A DNA stretch of 64,000 bases, taken from NCBI RefSeq assembly GCF_006345805.1, contig NC_042997.1, forward strand, positions 155,000,001 through 155,064,000, given 5' to 3'. Origin of the DNA: Octopus sinensis (taxonomy: Eukaryota). Below are positions 39,598 through 53,700 of the stretch, piece by piece (within the stretch, counting starts at the first letter, position 1; the number at the start of each line of letters is the position of its first letter). The notes beneath the pieces were generated by a model, which was not told where the DNA came from, ran no database searches, and worked only from the letters and a program-made list of their open reading frames with translations. The position numbers and the translations under genes are program-made.

Positions 39598-41119
39598 TTG
39601 TTTTATTTCTATTCCTGAGCGCCATACTAATACATTATTTGTTTGTACTCCACCTGCCTTCGTCTTTTGTTTATTTTCGTAAACCTTCCCGTTATATATA
39701 TATATGTATGGCATTTGAGTTTCATATGGTGGCTTGTTCAAGCAGTTAACACAGATTTTGCAAAAAATTTTGACTCTACTCTTTGTATTGAGTCCTCCTT
39801 AGTATTGAGTCTTAGTACTGAGTCCTCCAATGTTCCATTGTTATGCTTAAAACTTGCTTTAAAATAATAACCTCAATTTAATGTGTGTGTGCAAGTATGT
39901 ATGAGCATAAGAGTGTTGGCATGTTGTGTGCAAGTGTGTGTGTGTGTGTGTGGCTAGGTGCCTTTTGCTGAAATATATCAACAAAGATCATCATTGAGGA
40001 AAAACAAAGTGTTTTCAAATAAAACTCTCCAAGGGGGTATTTGTTTTTCCACTTTCGATAGTCCCTTATCACTTGCATTATCAAGTGACAAGGGATTATA
40101 TATATGCAATGGAAACCTGTAATCAATTATTCTGTTGTTCATAAATTACTTGATACAAAATATTAAAAAAAAAGTATACAAAGGCAGAAAAGATATAAGA
40201 TGTGCAACAACTGTAGAGGAAGGTGTGTAGTACGATCGAATGAACAGCAATGCAAAGTCGAGAGACAGTTGGGGCAGTGCAAGACATGAAACGAAAAAAA
40301 AATAAAGAGAATAGCAAACACATCAGTTGGTTTGTCCACTGGTATGAGTGTGTTGGTGCAGACATGTTATATATAAGTGGATGTGGATAATACATGCTGA
40401 TTATAGATGTGATAAGAGTTAGAAAGAAGTGAATGATTCAGTGGACCTAAGATGAAACAGGTATAACAAACCTAAGATAAGGAGATGAACCCTAGACTGA
40501 GATTTCACATATGGAAAGATATAGAATCCAGCTCAACATAGAAAAGTATTTACTATGATTAGTAATAATAATCAAGATCTTCCTTTTTTTTCTTTCATCT
40601 TGTGAGGAGGAGGAGGAGAGAGAGAGATGTATCCTAAAACAGGAAGTCTGGCCTAAATACTTGCAAAAGAGTGAAGTTTACTAAAGGGAGCGAAGGACCA
40701 AGTGATAAAAAAAACGAAAAATAATTCATGAACTTTTGCATTTTCTAACCTAGTGAAGTTGGATTATTCTCCTGTTTCTTCTCATATCCATGGAAATATC
40801 AATCTTGTATTTCAATTAAAAAAATCTAACAGGTGGATTGAATTCTAATTATAAATGTAGGACATATGTCTAACTATGTTATATTGATGGTGAAAATTAT
40901 AATCCAGTTCAGTTATAGTTGTTATATTCTTTTTATATTGTATACTTCCTTTTTTAAAAAACAAGTCAATGAGGAGGCATCTGTATGAACACTCTACCAG
41001 CAAGAAACAAGTCATATCTACAGTACTGACTTACAAAAACATTTAATATACATTACAGTATATCATGGTTGCATAAGGAAATACCGCATCCCTACAAGTC
41101 ATTAATATCCACATCCACA

Positions 41120-43559
41120 CAACATAGACTAGTGAAGAATGTATCCCCACCCACCACAGCAGGGACTAGTCATTAGTGACTTTGGACTTCAGGCCAGAAG
41201 GATGCTAAGAAGCAGGCCAATCTGGAAAAGAAGGATTTGGAAGCTTAAGGATCCTTTATATGGTCAGAGATTTAGGGACACACTAACTGAGAAATTTGAC
41301 GAGAAGGAGGAAGAATTACAGACCTGTATCATAGAGGGCAACTGGGGGACAGATTACTGAATACCACAGACCAAATCTGCAGCTGATGCAAAGTCCCAAC
41401 CAAACATCGGGTGACGTGGTGGTGGAATGATGTTGTACACAAGGTCATTAGAGCTAAAAAACAGGACTGGAAGAGTGGTGGTAGCAGGAAACTATATCAG
41501 GTAGTTATGAGAGAGGCTAGAAGACAGGTGTACACAGCCAGGGAAGTTTGCCAATGTTCTGCATTATAAGGATCAAAGGCTTGAAGTGCTTCAAACTGAT
41601 AAACAATGTGTCAGAGAAAGTCGTGATGTGGTAAGGGAGAAATGTTTGCATAGATGATGGCTCACTTGCATTTAGTGATTCTGCAAAGAAGGAGGCTTGG
41701 AAGTGCTACTATGAAAGGCTGCTAAATGTGGACCCAACAAATGCCAGCTATTTGAATCGACAGTAACTTAGTAAATGAAACAATTAAGGATATAAAGACA
41801 GGGAAAGCCTCTAGCCCACCATGCTTAAAATCTTTGGTGGAGTGGGATATAACCTGGTCACCCATATAGTCAATCAAGTTGTCCACAAGGGAGTCATACC
41901 CAATGACTGACATTATAATCAACTGCTACAAAAGCAAAGGTGATACCCTTGACAGAAATAATTACAGGGATATCAAATAGCTGGACCAGATGTTGAAAGT
42001 TGCAGAAAGGATAATAGATGAAATGCAGTTTGGATTTGTGCCAGGAAGAAGCACCATCAATGCTGTCTTCCTGGTGAGACAATGGCAGAAGAAATACCTG
42101 GCCAAAAATAAACCCCTGTATCTGGCTTTTGTTGACATAGAGAAAGCTTTTGACAGAGTCCCCTGCTCCCTTATTTGGTGAGCAATGTGGAAGCTGGGGA
42201 TAGGTGAGAGGTTAGTGAGAGTTGTGCAAACCATGTACAGGAATGCTGTTAGTAAGGTGAGAGTCACAAATTAGTATAGGAAGGAGTTTAGTGTACAAGT
42301 AAGAGTTCACCAGGTGTCAATTCTTATTCCCAACTCCAAGCTATAACTAAGGAATTTAAGACTGGATGCCCCTGGGAGCTCCTCTATACTGATGACCTTG
42401 TTCTTATTGCTGAATCACTACCAGAACTAAAGAAATTTCAGGTATGGAAGCAAGGTCTGGATTCAAAGGGCCTTAGAATTAATATAGCAAAGACCAAAGT
42501 ATTGATAAACAGGAAAACAGATAAATCACAAGCACCTTCAGGGAGATGGCCCTGCTTGATATGTAGAAAAGATGTCAGGAAAAACTCCATAAGGTGTACC
42601 CAGTGCAAGTTGTGGGCACGTAAGAGGTATCACTGGATGACAAATGGAGAAAGTAATCTTTTCATGTGGCAGACGTACAGGTACATTACACATCAGGAAT
42701 GTACAAAAAAATAGACTCCCTCTTGTGCCAGGGGGGATCCCTAGAAGTAGTAGACAGTTTCCATTACTTAGGTGACCAAGTTAGTAGTGGGGGTGGTCAT
42801 TCTGAAATCATAGCTGCTACAATAAGAATAGGCTGGGTGAAGTCCAGAGAGCTACTATCTCTGTTAGTAGCAAAGGGCATTTCCCTCAGAGTGAAAGGCA
42901 GATTGTATGATGCCTATGTACAGAGAGCTATGCTACATAGCAGTGAGACATGGACTGTGACTATTGAGGATATGTGAAGACTAGAAAGAAGTGAAGCCAG
43001 TAGCTTCACTAGATGGGTAATGTCAGTGTGCATATACAATAGAGGGTGATTTGAAAGAAAAAGTGGGTATATATAGCATCACATGTAGTGTGCTAGAGAG
43101 AAGACTGCGCTGGTATGAATGAGGATGGTTGCATCAAGAGGTGCTGATCTCAAATTGTAGAGGGAACATGTGGAAGAGGTAGACTAGGAAGACATGGGAT
43201 GAAGTGGTGAGAAAGGATCTACAAATGTTGGGACTCACAGAGAGGAGGACAAGGCACTGAAACTCCTGGCAATTTGCCATACTTAAAAAGATATGCCAAG
43301 CTAAGTAAAATATGGTTGCCCTAACATCCAGGCTTGTTTTTTGAAACCCTCTCCAGCTGTGCTTCCCTAACCTTGCCACATAAAAAGCACCCATGCCAGT
43401 GCTGTGTAAAAGTACCCAGTGGTTGGCATTAGGAAAGGCATCCAGCCGTAGAAACCATACCAAAACAGACATGGAGCCTGAACAGCTCTTCAGCTGGCCA
43501 GCTATTGCTAAACTGTCCAACCCATGCCAGCATGGAAATGGATGTTAAATGATGATGAT
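41120..43559 (+). mobile_element. Degenerate RTE-clade LINE (RT region to 3' end)
   Basis: QFGFVPGRST, YLAFVDIEKAFDRV, LLYTDDL relics; (GAT)n tail. Confidence 0.9.
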
Positions 43560-44351
43560 CATCAACATCATCGTCGTCATCTTCAAAAAATGAGACATTG
43601 GAATTATGTTCATTTAGAATACACTATGGGAGAAAGGAAGATAGCTTGACTATGGCTTGAACACCTTTGATCATTGGTCTTTGGAACAGAGTTGATTGAA
43701 AGCTGAATAAAAGCAACTTTTAAAGAATGCTTCTAAATAACGACAGAAAACAATACAGAAGTGTAACAACCACAAGTGTATATAAACAAACTTTTTATAG
43801 GAAATATGGTTAGAGAATTAAAAGAAAGAGTAGAGCAGCAAACACATTCATATTCATCTCTCTTACCAAAAGATTCAAAATAATATTAACCAATGGCTAG
43901 TATTGCTTTCTCTTCAATAATTGCTTCTTTTTTATCATTATTAGTTGGCTTTTAATGCTCTCTATTTTAAATATGTTAACACTAACTTGACAATTTTCTT
44001 TTTATCATTAAGCAGATGCTAGAACATTTTATTCTCTGAATATATTTCACTACAATTTACTTAGTGTTTTACTTAGTGATTCTCTGAATATATTTCACTA
44101 CATTTACTTAGTGATTCTTTCCTCATTACAAGCTTGGGAAGTAGGCATAAAATAATTCTTTCTACTAGAGGCACAAAACCTGAAATTTTGTGGAAAGGGG
44201 CTGGTTGATTACATTGACCCCTTTGCTCAACTGGTACTTCTTTTATCAACCATGAAAGGCCAACCTTGAAAGGATGAAAGCAAAATCAACCACAGCTTAA
44301 TTTGAAACCAGGGCATTAACTACAATGTTGGTGGTGGTGGTGATGATGATG

Positions 44352-46100
44352 AAATTCCTAGCCAAAGATAAACCTCTCTACTTGGCTTTCATTGACATGG
44401 AGAAAGCCTTTGACAGGGTCCCCCAATCCCTTATCCGATGGTCAATGTGGAAACTAGGGATGGATGAGTGGTTAGTGAGGGGTGCTGTTAGTAAGGTGAG
44501 GGTTGGCAACGAGCATAGTGAAGTTCACCAAGAATCAGTCCTCAGCCCCCTCTTGTTCATCATAGTCCTCCAGGCAATAACAGAGGAATTCAAGACAGGC
44601 TGCCCCAGGAGCTCTTCTATGCTGATGACCTTGCTCTAATAGCTGAGTCACTACTGGAACTAGAGAAGTTTCAGGTGTGGAAACAAAGTCTAGAATAGAA
44701 GAGCCTTAGAGTCAATCTAGCAAAAACCAAAGCCTTAGTAAGTAGGAATGCAGACAAATCACAAATCCCTTCCAGTAGATGGCCCTGCTCAATCTGCAGA
44801 AAAGGCATAGCTAGAAACTCCATAAGATGTACCTGGTGTAAGCTATGGGCATATAAGAGGGGCAGCAACATCCAAGGAAGGTTAACTGGGAAGATAGTTT
44901 TTGCATGTGGCAGATGCACAGGGACAATAAACACCAAAGATGTACAGAAAACAGATTCCATCACATGCCAGGAGGAAAAACTAGAAGTAGTTGATAGCTT
45001 CTGTTACCCAGGTGACCAAGTCAGTAGTGGGGGGTGGATGCTCTGAGAGCATAGCTGCTAGAATAGGAATAGCCTGGACAAAATTCAGAGAGCCCCTACA
45101 GCTGCTGGTAACAAAGGCCTCTTGCTCAGAGTGAAAGGTAGACTGTATGATTCATGCATGCGAACAGCCATGTTACATTGCAGTGAAACATGGGCTGTGA
45201 CTGCTGAGGACATGCATAGGCTTGAAAGAAATGAAGCTAGTATGCTCTACTAGATGTGTAACGTCAGTGTGCATACATGACAGAGTAAGCACCCTGAGAG
45301 ACATAAGAAACATCAGATGTGGTGTTTAAGAGAGACAATTGTGCTAATATGGTCATGTGTTATTTATGGATGAGGATAGCTGTGTGAAGAAGTGTCGTAA
45401 CCTAACAATGGAAGGAACTTATGGAAGAAGTAGACCCAAAAATATCTGGGATGAGCTGGTGAAACACAACCTTCGAATGTTGGGCCTCACAGACAAGTGA
45501 CTGAAGCCTTTGGAGATATGCTGTGCTTGAGAAGACCCAGCCAACCAAATGAGATCTTGTCATTGGCTGATGCCAGTGTTGCATAACTGGCCCATTTAAA
45601 AGTACCCCGCAATCATCAGGCAATATACTGTGCTTGAGAAGACCTGTTGACTCAACTGAAATCATTGTCATGGCCAATGCCAGTGCCACCTGCTTGGCAC
45701 CCGTGCTGGTGGTACATAAAAGGCATCATTCAAGTGTTGCCAATGCCACTTCCGCCTAACTGGCTCCTGTGCTGGTGATACATAAAAAGCACCATCCAAA
45801 CATGGTTGATACCAGTGCTACCTGACTGGCTCCCTTGCCAGTGGCATGTGAAAAAGCACTACTCAAGCATGGTCGATGCCAGTGCCACCTGACAGGCTCC
45901 CATGCCAGCGGCACATCAAAAGTACCCACTACACTATCGGAGTTGTTGGCATTAGGAAGGGCATCCAGCTGTGGAAACCTTACTAGAACAGACTGGAGCC
46001 TGGTGCAGCCTCCTGGTGCAGCCTCCTGGCTTGCCAGTTGCTAGTCAAACCATCCAACCCATACCAGAATGGAAAGTGAACATTAAAAGATGATGATGAT
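44352..46100 (+). mobile_element. 5'-truncated degenerate RTE LINE with tandem repeats in the 3' UTR
   Basis: LYLAFIDMEKAFDRV, VLSPLLF, YADD relics; (GAT)n tail. Confidence 0.9.
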
Positions 46101-47179
46101 ATCTATCTGCTACAAAAATTGGACTTATTAATTAATTAGTAATTGGACTAAGTGATTAATAAATTTAAAAGAAAGACTGTAAATTATAGATTATATTAAA
46201 ACCTATTCCAACTCTTCTTCACTACTACCCCAACCACCACAAAAAAAAAAGGAATTGCTGTAACTGAATAGCATAAAAAAAAATAATATAAATATATAAA
46301 TATAATATTATTATATGATCGAAAGCCACACATCATTTTCCATTCCCACCAGTGGCCATGTGGTTAATCTGCTAGTTTACCGACCTCGTGATTATGAGTT
46401 CAAACATTCCTGGTAGTTATAGAGTTGTAATTATTGCAATCTGAAGAAAGGTACATAATTTTGCCTCAGTCTACCTAGCTGATAAGAGACTCCACTTCCA
46501 CTTCAGAATAAAGTATGTAACAATAAAAACAAATAATAAACTATGTGCTGCAATAACACGAAGGTGTTCACAGTAACAAGGCACAATATCATCCTTCCTC
46601 CAACAACAACAACGATAACAACAGCAATAACAATACCTCCAGGCTCTTGGGTTAACAAGGAAACAATGAATGGAAGACAGTCAAGAGAAATGAAAACAGA
46701 GTTGTCACAATATTGTTAGTAATATCACTGTAAGAGAAGCAATATCAATATTTTGAATTAAGACAAAGAAAAAACAGACATTCATGCCTACACAATACAA
46801 TCTGTGAGTGATCTACAACAGAAACATCAACAACAAAAACAAATAATTAACATGCAACCATGATAGACAAAAGCATAAGCAAACTATATTTCCTATTAAA
46901 ACAAAACAAGAAAAGCAAGCTGATATAAAGGTACTACTTATTATTAGCATCTAATTTCTTTCCCCTCCTCTCTCCATTCATGCTAGCACAGGTTGGACAG
47001 ACAGATAATTTATTAGTGTTAATATTAATTAAAAGCTGTAGATATATATATATATATAAAAAGAAAGGCAAAAGGGAGAAGAAGTAGAAAAAAAAAAGAA
47101 AATTATGACCAATAGACACAAAAGGAATAAAAATAAATCATGAAAACTAATCAGCCAGTGAGATGAATGATTGTCATAC

Positions 47180-47290
47180 TTATGCCAGCACAGAAATGCT
47201 GAGTATTATAATCGGCTGTTAAGATCTGTTTTATGAGATGTGATGATGCACGAGAAGTTTCTTGCCGGTTCAATGGTCTCCAGTCCCAAC
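47180..47290 (-). CDS. DEPDC5: Probable DEPDC5 exon, possibly a cassette (GWDWRPLNRQETSRASSHLIKQILTADYNTQHFCAGI)
   Basis: tattgcag/gtatga, 111 nt, phase 1-1, open in the required frame, unique sequence among repeats. Confidence 0.65.
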
Positions 47291-47955
47291 CTGCAATATA
47301 ACAACAACAATAACAAACAGATGTTATTACAAGGGTTCATACTGATAACGTTTTAGCCTGTATTGGGAACAGGCCACGGGGCACACAAATGTCTTTTTGC
47401 ATACCAAACTGAGCAGGCTGCAGGTACAACAAAACAGATTTGAGCACAGCCTTGAGGATTTTCATCGAATCAACTATCAAAATTCCAGCTGTAAATTTTA
47501 AAAAATTTCCTAAAATATTTCATTAATATATTTGACAAAAGTTATTTAGAGTCACAATAATTGCCACATGTGTAAAATATTTTGAACTTTACACATGTAT
47601 TTTCAGATTTGTTTTAAACATGCTTTGTTAATGATGACATGTTATTCGTGCCAGTCATAGCATTGCACTTAATGTCTGCTTTTTCCATGCAAAGATGTCT
47701 TTCACAGGAATGAATTTACATAGGGTTTTTATAGTTGGATGCACTTCTGTTGACAGCCAGTCCTTTCTCAAGTAAGAAATTGTTGCTCCAGGGGAATTTC
47801 AAAAGAACAGGGTTCTTTACATATATATATATATATGTTTATATGTACATATATGCAAAAACATATATATATATGTTTATATATACATACATGCAAAAAC
47901 ATATATATATACATACATACACAAACATATATATATATATATACATAACTACAAA

Positions 47956-47994
<39 letters not shown>

Positions 47995-48111
47995 TATATA
48001 TACATACATGCAAAAACATATATATATATGTATATATACATATATACATATATATACATATATACAAATACATACATATATACAAATACATACATACATA
48101 CAAATACATAC

Positions 48112-48156
<45 letters not shown>

Positions 48157-48166
48157 CATACACATA

Positions 48167-49449
48167 TTGGGTTGTCCGGAAAGTTTGTGCTGATTTATAG
48201 TAGCTTACCTTTAGACTTATTTTAGAACATGGTTGAGTCCATCAAATAGGATTTGACTACACCTCCATTTAGAGCATAGTTTCAGCTATCTTTTCGTGGA
48301 AGAAGGTTTATGTTCCTATAACCTGTGTTAATTCTGTAACCCTTTAAAATGGAAGATAAGAAAGTTCCTTTTCAACACTTGATGATTTTCTTTTTCCGTA
48401 AAGGGAAAATGTCTCACAGGCAACCAAAGAAATATGCTTAGTTTACGGTGATGTTTCTTTATCCGAAAGAACTGTATGGAAGTGGTTCGCAAGGTTCCAA
48501 GCTGGAGATTGTAGCTTATTGATAAAGAGCGATCAGGCAGGCCATCCACTACAGATGATGACCAAATCAAGTTATTAATTGAGAATAACCCACATTGCAC
48601 AACTCGAGAATTGGCAGAAAGCCTCAACCTATCAAAATCCATTGTTCATGAGCACCTGGTAAAGCTTGGGTACACAAATCGCTACGATGTTTGGATACCA
48701 CATGAATTGAGTAAGAAGAACCTTTTGGATCGCATTTCCATTTGTGATTCGCTTTATAAATGGAATGAAAACACACCTTTTTTAAAGCAAATTGTGACAG
48801 GTGATGAGAAATGGATTATCTACTGAAATGTTCAGAGAAAGCAATCCTGAAGTAAGCGACATGAGCCACCTTTAGCCACCCCAAAAGCGGGTCTTCACCC
48901 TAAAAAAGTCTCGCTTTGTGTCTTGGTGGGATTGGGAAGGAATTCTGTACTGTGAGCTTCTCCCAAGTAACCAGACAATTAATTCTGAGAAATACTGCAC
49001 ACAACTGGTTGAGTTAATAGCAGCAATTGAAGAGAAACGTCCAGAAATGGCCAACAGGAAGGGTGTTGTTTTCCAGCATGATAATACAAGACTGCATGTT
49101 TCTTTGGGAACCAGGCAAAAAAAGCTGCAGCTCAGCCAGGATGTGTTTCCCCACCTTCCATATTCACCAGATATTGCTCCTTCGAATTTCCACTTATTCA
49201 GGTCTCTGCAGAATAGTCTTAAAGGTAAAAATTTCAATTCCTTGGATGACGTAATAAGATATCTTGATGAATTCTTTGCCATGAAACCACCTCAATTCTG
49301 GGAAGAGGGTATTTTCAAGTTAAAGGAAAGATGGAGAAACATTGTGCAACAAAATGGTTCATATTTGGTTGATTTAAAATGTAATGGTAAGTATTTATTG
49401 ACCTTTTTCTTTCCTTTAAAAATCAGCACGAACTTTCCAGACAACCCAA
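48167..49449 (+). mobile_element. Full-length mariner (mellifera-like) with a disrupted transposase, inserted in (TA)n
   Basis: TIRs TTGGGTTGTC(C/T)GGAAAGTT(T/C)GTGCTGATTT with TA flanks; WIPHEL, TGDEKW, FQHDN, PYSPDIAP motifs. Confidence 0.95.
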
Positions 49450-49507
49450 TACATATATATATATATATATATATACACAACCCACACACACAGACATATA
49501 TATATAT

Positions 49508-49617
<110 letters not shown>

Positions 49618-49827
49618 TGCATATATACATATAATATATGTATATACACATATACATACATATATGTACACACACTACATATATATGCATATACATGTGG
49701 ATATAGGACATCAAAAAAACATAGACAAAAAAACAAAAACATAAAAACAAAAACATAGAAAAGAACTTTTTTTTCGAACAACGAAAAAAACAAACAGAAA
49801 AACGAGACATACAACATAAAGAATATT

Positions 49828-49890
49828 CCCTTTCTTCAGTTGTCCCTGTTTCATCTACACCACATTTCAAAGGCAAGGACAAGACGCGAC
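49828..49890 (-). ncRNA. Hammerhead-ribozyme-like motif with non-circularly permuted strand order, inside a ~480-bp element (about 49697-50175)
   Basis: GTCGCG-TC-TTGTCCTTG / CCTTT-GAAA-TGTGG / CAGGGACAA-CTGAAGA-AAGGG; all three helices can pair. Confidence 0.6.
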
Positions 49891-50195
49891 TTCGTTGAAA
49901 CAGTCCTTCCTGCAAAGCTAATTAAATAAAATTTTGAATTTTTTGCAGAAGGTTAAAGTGGTAACAAGAACAGGACAGTGAGAACAAGACAGTAAAACCA
50001 AACAGTGAGCGCTGTTAACCCGAGATGATAGAAAATTTCTGAACGCGATGAAAACGAGCTTATGAAGGAGACAGTATAAGCATATATTTTCTTTTCAAAC
50101 GTTGTGGGCAGAAAAACAGATTACCTTTCATCACGTGTCAGCGACGAGAGAGTCGAGGAGGAGGAGTGAGAGAGCGCGAACAGTGACGAGGAGAG

Positions 50196-50244
<49 letters not shown>

Positions 50245-50450
50245 TATTATATATATATGTTTATATATAACATATATATATATATATATATACATATATA
50301 CAAACATGTATATATATATATATATATATACATATACACATATATACAAATACATATATACAAATATAAATATATATATATATATATAATATAATATATA
50401 TTACATATATATATATATATATAATAACACACATATACATATATATATAT

Positions 50451-50491
<41 letters not shown>

Positions 50492-50573
50492 TATATATAT
50501 ATATACAACCACATATACATATATATATTATATATACACACATATACATTATATAATATATATATACATATAC

Positions 50574-50637
<64 letters not shown>

Positions 50638-50649
50638 TATACAATACAC

Positions 50650-50703
<54 letters not shown>

Positions 50704-50754
50704 GAAATAGAAATAAACATATATATATTCATACAAATACATACATATATATAT

Positions 50755-53700
50755 CATCATCATCATTATCATCATCGTTTAACCTCCGATTTCCATGCTA
50801 GCATGGGTGGGATGGTTCGACTGAGAGCTGGGAAGCCAGAAGGCTGCACCAGGCTCCAATCTGATCTGGTAGTGTTTCTACAGCTGGATGCCCTTCCTAA
50901 CGCCAACCACTCCAAGAGTGTAGTGGGTGCCTTTTATGTACCACCGCCACAGGCGCCAGAGGGGGCTGGCAATGACCACAATTGGTTAGTGCCTTTTACA
51001 TGCCACCAGCAAGGAAACCAGTCAAGGCAGCTCTGGCATCGGTCAAGTTTGAATGCTGCTTTCAACATGCCACAGGCACAGGGATCACAACTACAATTTC
51101 CTATTTGATTTTGGTTTTGATGTACTTGACTCAATAGGTCTCCTCCAGGATGGCATGTCGCCCTATGATCCAAGGTACTTTTGAGTGGGCTGGTTATGTG
51201 ACACTGGTGTAGGTTACAGCTGTGAACTCACTTTATCTGCCAGGTCTTCTCAGTCACAGCATATCTCCAGAGGTCTCGGTCTTTTGTCATTGCCTTTGTG
51301 AGGCCCAACATTCGAAGGTCATGCTTCAACACTTCATCCCATGTCTTCCTGGGTTTCCTTCTACCCCGGATTCCTTCCACTGTTTGGGAGTTGCACTTCT
51401 TCATACAGATCTCATCTATCCATAGTACATGACCATACCAATGCAAACGTCTCTCTTGCACGCCACATCCAATGCTTCTTATGTCCAACATTTCTCTCAG
51501 GGCGCTTACACTCACTCTATCATGTGTGCACACTGATATTACACATCCAGCGGATCATGCTAGCTTCATTTCTTTCAAGCCTATGCATGTCTTTAGCAGT
51601 CACAGCCCATGTTTCACTGCTGTGAATCATGGCGGTTTGCACACATGCATTGTACAATCAACCTTTCACTCTGAGCGAGAGGCCCTTTGTCACCAGTAGG
51701 GGTAGGAGATTTCAGAACTTTGCCCAGGCTATTCTTATTCTAGTGGTAAAACTCTCTGAGCATCCACCCCCACCACAGACTTGGTCAGCTTGGTAGTGGA
51801 AGCCATCAACTATTTTTACTTTCTCCCCAGGCATGTGATGGAATCTGTTTTCTGAGCATCTATAGTACTTATTGCTCCTGTGCATCTGCCACACACGAAA
51901 GCTTTCTTCCTGGTTAATCTGCCTTTGATGTTGCTGCACCTCTTATGTGTCTATAGCTTACACTGGGTACATCTTATGGAGATTCTACCTACACCTTTTC
52001 TGAATGGATGTGTGATGTGTTTGCATTCCTACTGACTAGAACTTTTGTCTCTGCAACATTGACTCTAAGTCCCTTCGATTTTAAACCTTGCTTCCACACC
52101 TGAAATTTCTTCTCTGGTTCTGGTAGTGATTCTGCTATGAGAGCCAGGTCATCAGCAGAGCGGAGCACCCAGGGGCAACCCATCATGAATTCCTCTCTAA
52201 TTGCCTGAAGGACTATGATGAAGAAAGGGCTGAGGGCTGATCCTTTGTAGACCCCTACTTCTACCCGGAATTCTTCACTATACTCATTGCCAACCCTAAC
52301 CTTACTAATGGCATCTCTGTATAGGGCCTGTACAGCCCTTATTAACCATTCTTCAATCCCCAGTTTCCTCATCGCCCACCAGATAAGTGATCGGAGACCC
52401 TGTCAAAGGCTTTCTCCAAGTCCACAAAAGCTAAGTATAGGGGTTTATCTTCAGCTAGAGATTTTTCCTGCAGTTGCCGTACAAGTGATGCTTGCACCTG
52501 GCACAAAACCAAACTGCATCTCATCTAAGCAGATTCTTTCCCTAATTAGTTGGACTATGATCCTCTCTGTGATCTTCATCACCTGATTCAATAGTCTGAT
52601 ACCCCTGTAGTTATTTCTATCTAAAGCATCACCTTTACCCTTGTAGCAGTTGACTATGGTGCTTTGTCATTGGGTATGACTCCATCATGAACTACCTGGT
52701 TTACAATATGGGTGACAAGGCCATAGCCCACTCCACCAGATATCTTAAGCATCTCAGCAGTGATTCCTGATGGGCCGGGAGCTTTTCCTGGCTTCATACC
52801 CTTAATTGCTTTATCTACTAAGGTGCTATCTATTCAGATAGCTGGTCCCTCTACTGGGTCAACATTTGGCAGGCTCTCCTCCTCCCAATCATTCTCCACA
52901 TTCAGCAGTCTTTCATAATGGCTTCTCCAAGCCTCTTTCTTTTCCGAATCATTAAAAGCAAGTGCACTATCATCCATGCGGACACATTTCTCTCTTGTGA
53001 CATTACTATTTTCTCTCACACACTGTCTTGCAATCAAAAATACTTCAGTTCTTTGGTCCTCACATCACTGGACATTGGCAAACTTCTTCTTTTCTGCTTC
53101 GCCCTTGGCTATCTATACCTATGGCCCAGCCCCCTTCTGGCTATCTGGTACAGTTCCCTGCTACCCCCACTCTTCCAGGCTTTCCAGGCTTGTTTCTTTG
53201 CTCTAATGGCTTTGTCTACCATATTATTCCACCACCACAGTACTCTGGGTATGAAAGGGACTTTGCACCATCTGCAGACTTGGTCTGTGGCACTCAGTAA
53301 GCTGTCCCATAGGAATTTCCAGCTACCTTTTATGTCCGAGATCTGTAGCTCATCCTCCCTCTCATCAAATTTCTTGATGAGGACATCCTAAATCTCTGAG
53401 CATGTGAAGGATTCTTTAGCTTCCAAATCTTTCTTTTCTGGATTGGTCTGCTACTTGGCATCCTTCTGGCCTTTAGTCTAAAGTCACTAATGACTAGTCT
53501 ATGCTGGGGGGTACATTCTTCACCCGGGAGGGTCTTTGGATTTAAGAGCTACCCTGTCTGGTGAGAATGAAATCAATCTGACTAGCAGTCACCTGATTGA
53601 TAGGTTATCAGGTGGCTGTCTGACTTCTTGAAGTCAGTGTTGCAGACTAAAAGGTTACATGCATCACAGAACTCCAGTAGCTTAGTTCCCTCATCATTTC

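Noticed and set aside
40130-40300. Strong minus-strand acceptor (cctctacag) preceded by UGC-rich sequence
   Set aside because: I found no convincing frame-compatible donor.
43867-43896. 30-nt segment with an AG and a strong gtaaga donor on the minus strand
   Set aside because: It contains a stop in the phase-1 frame this intron requires, and the acceptor is poor.
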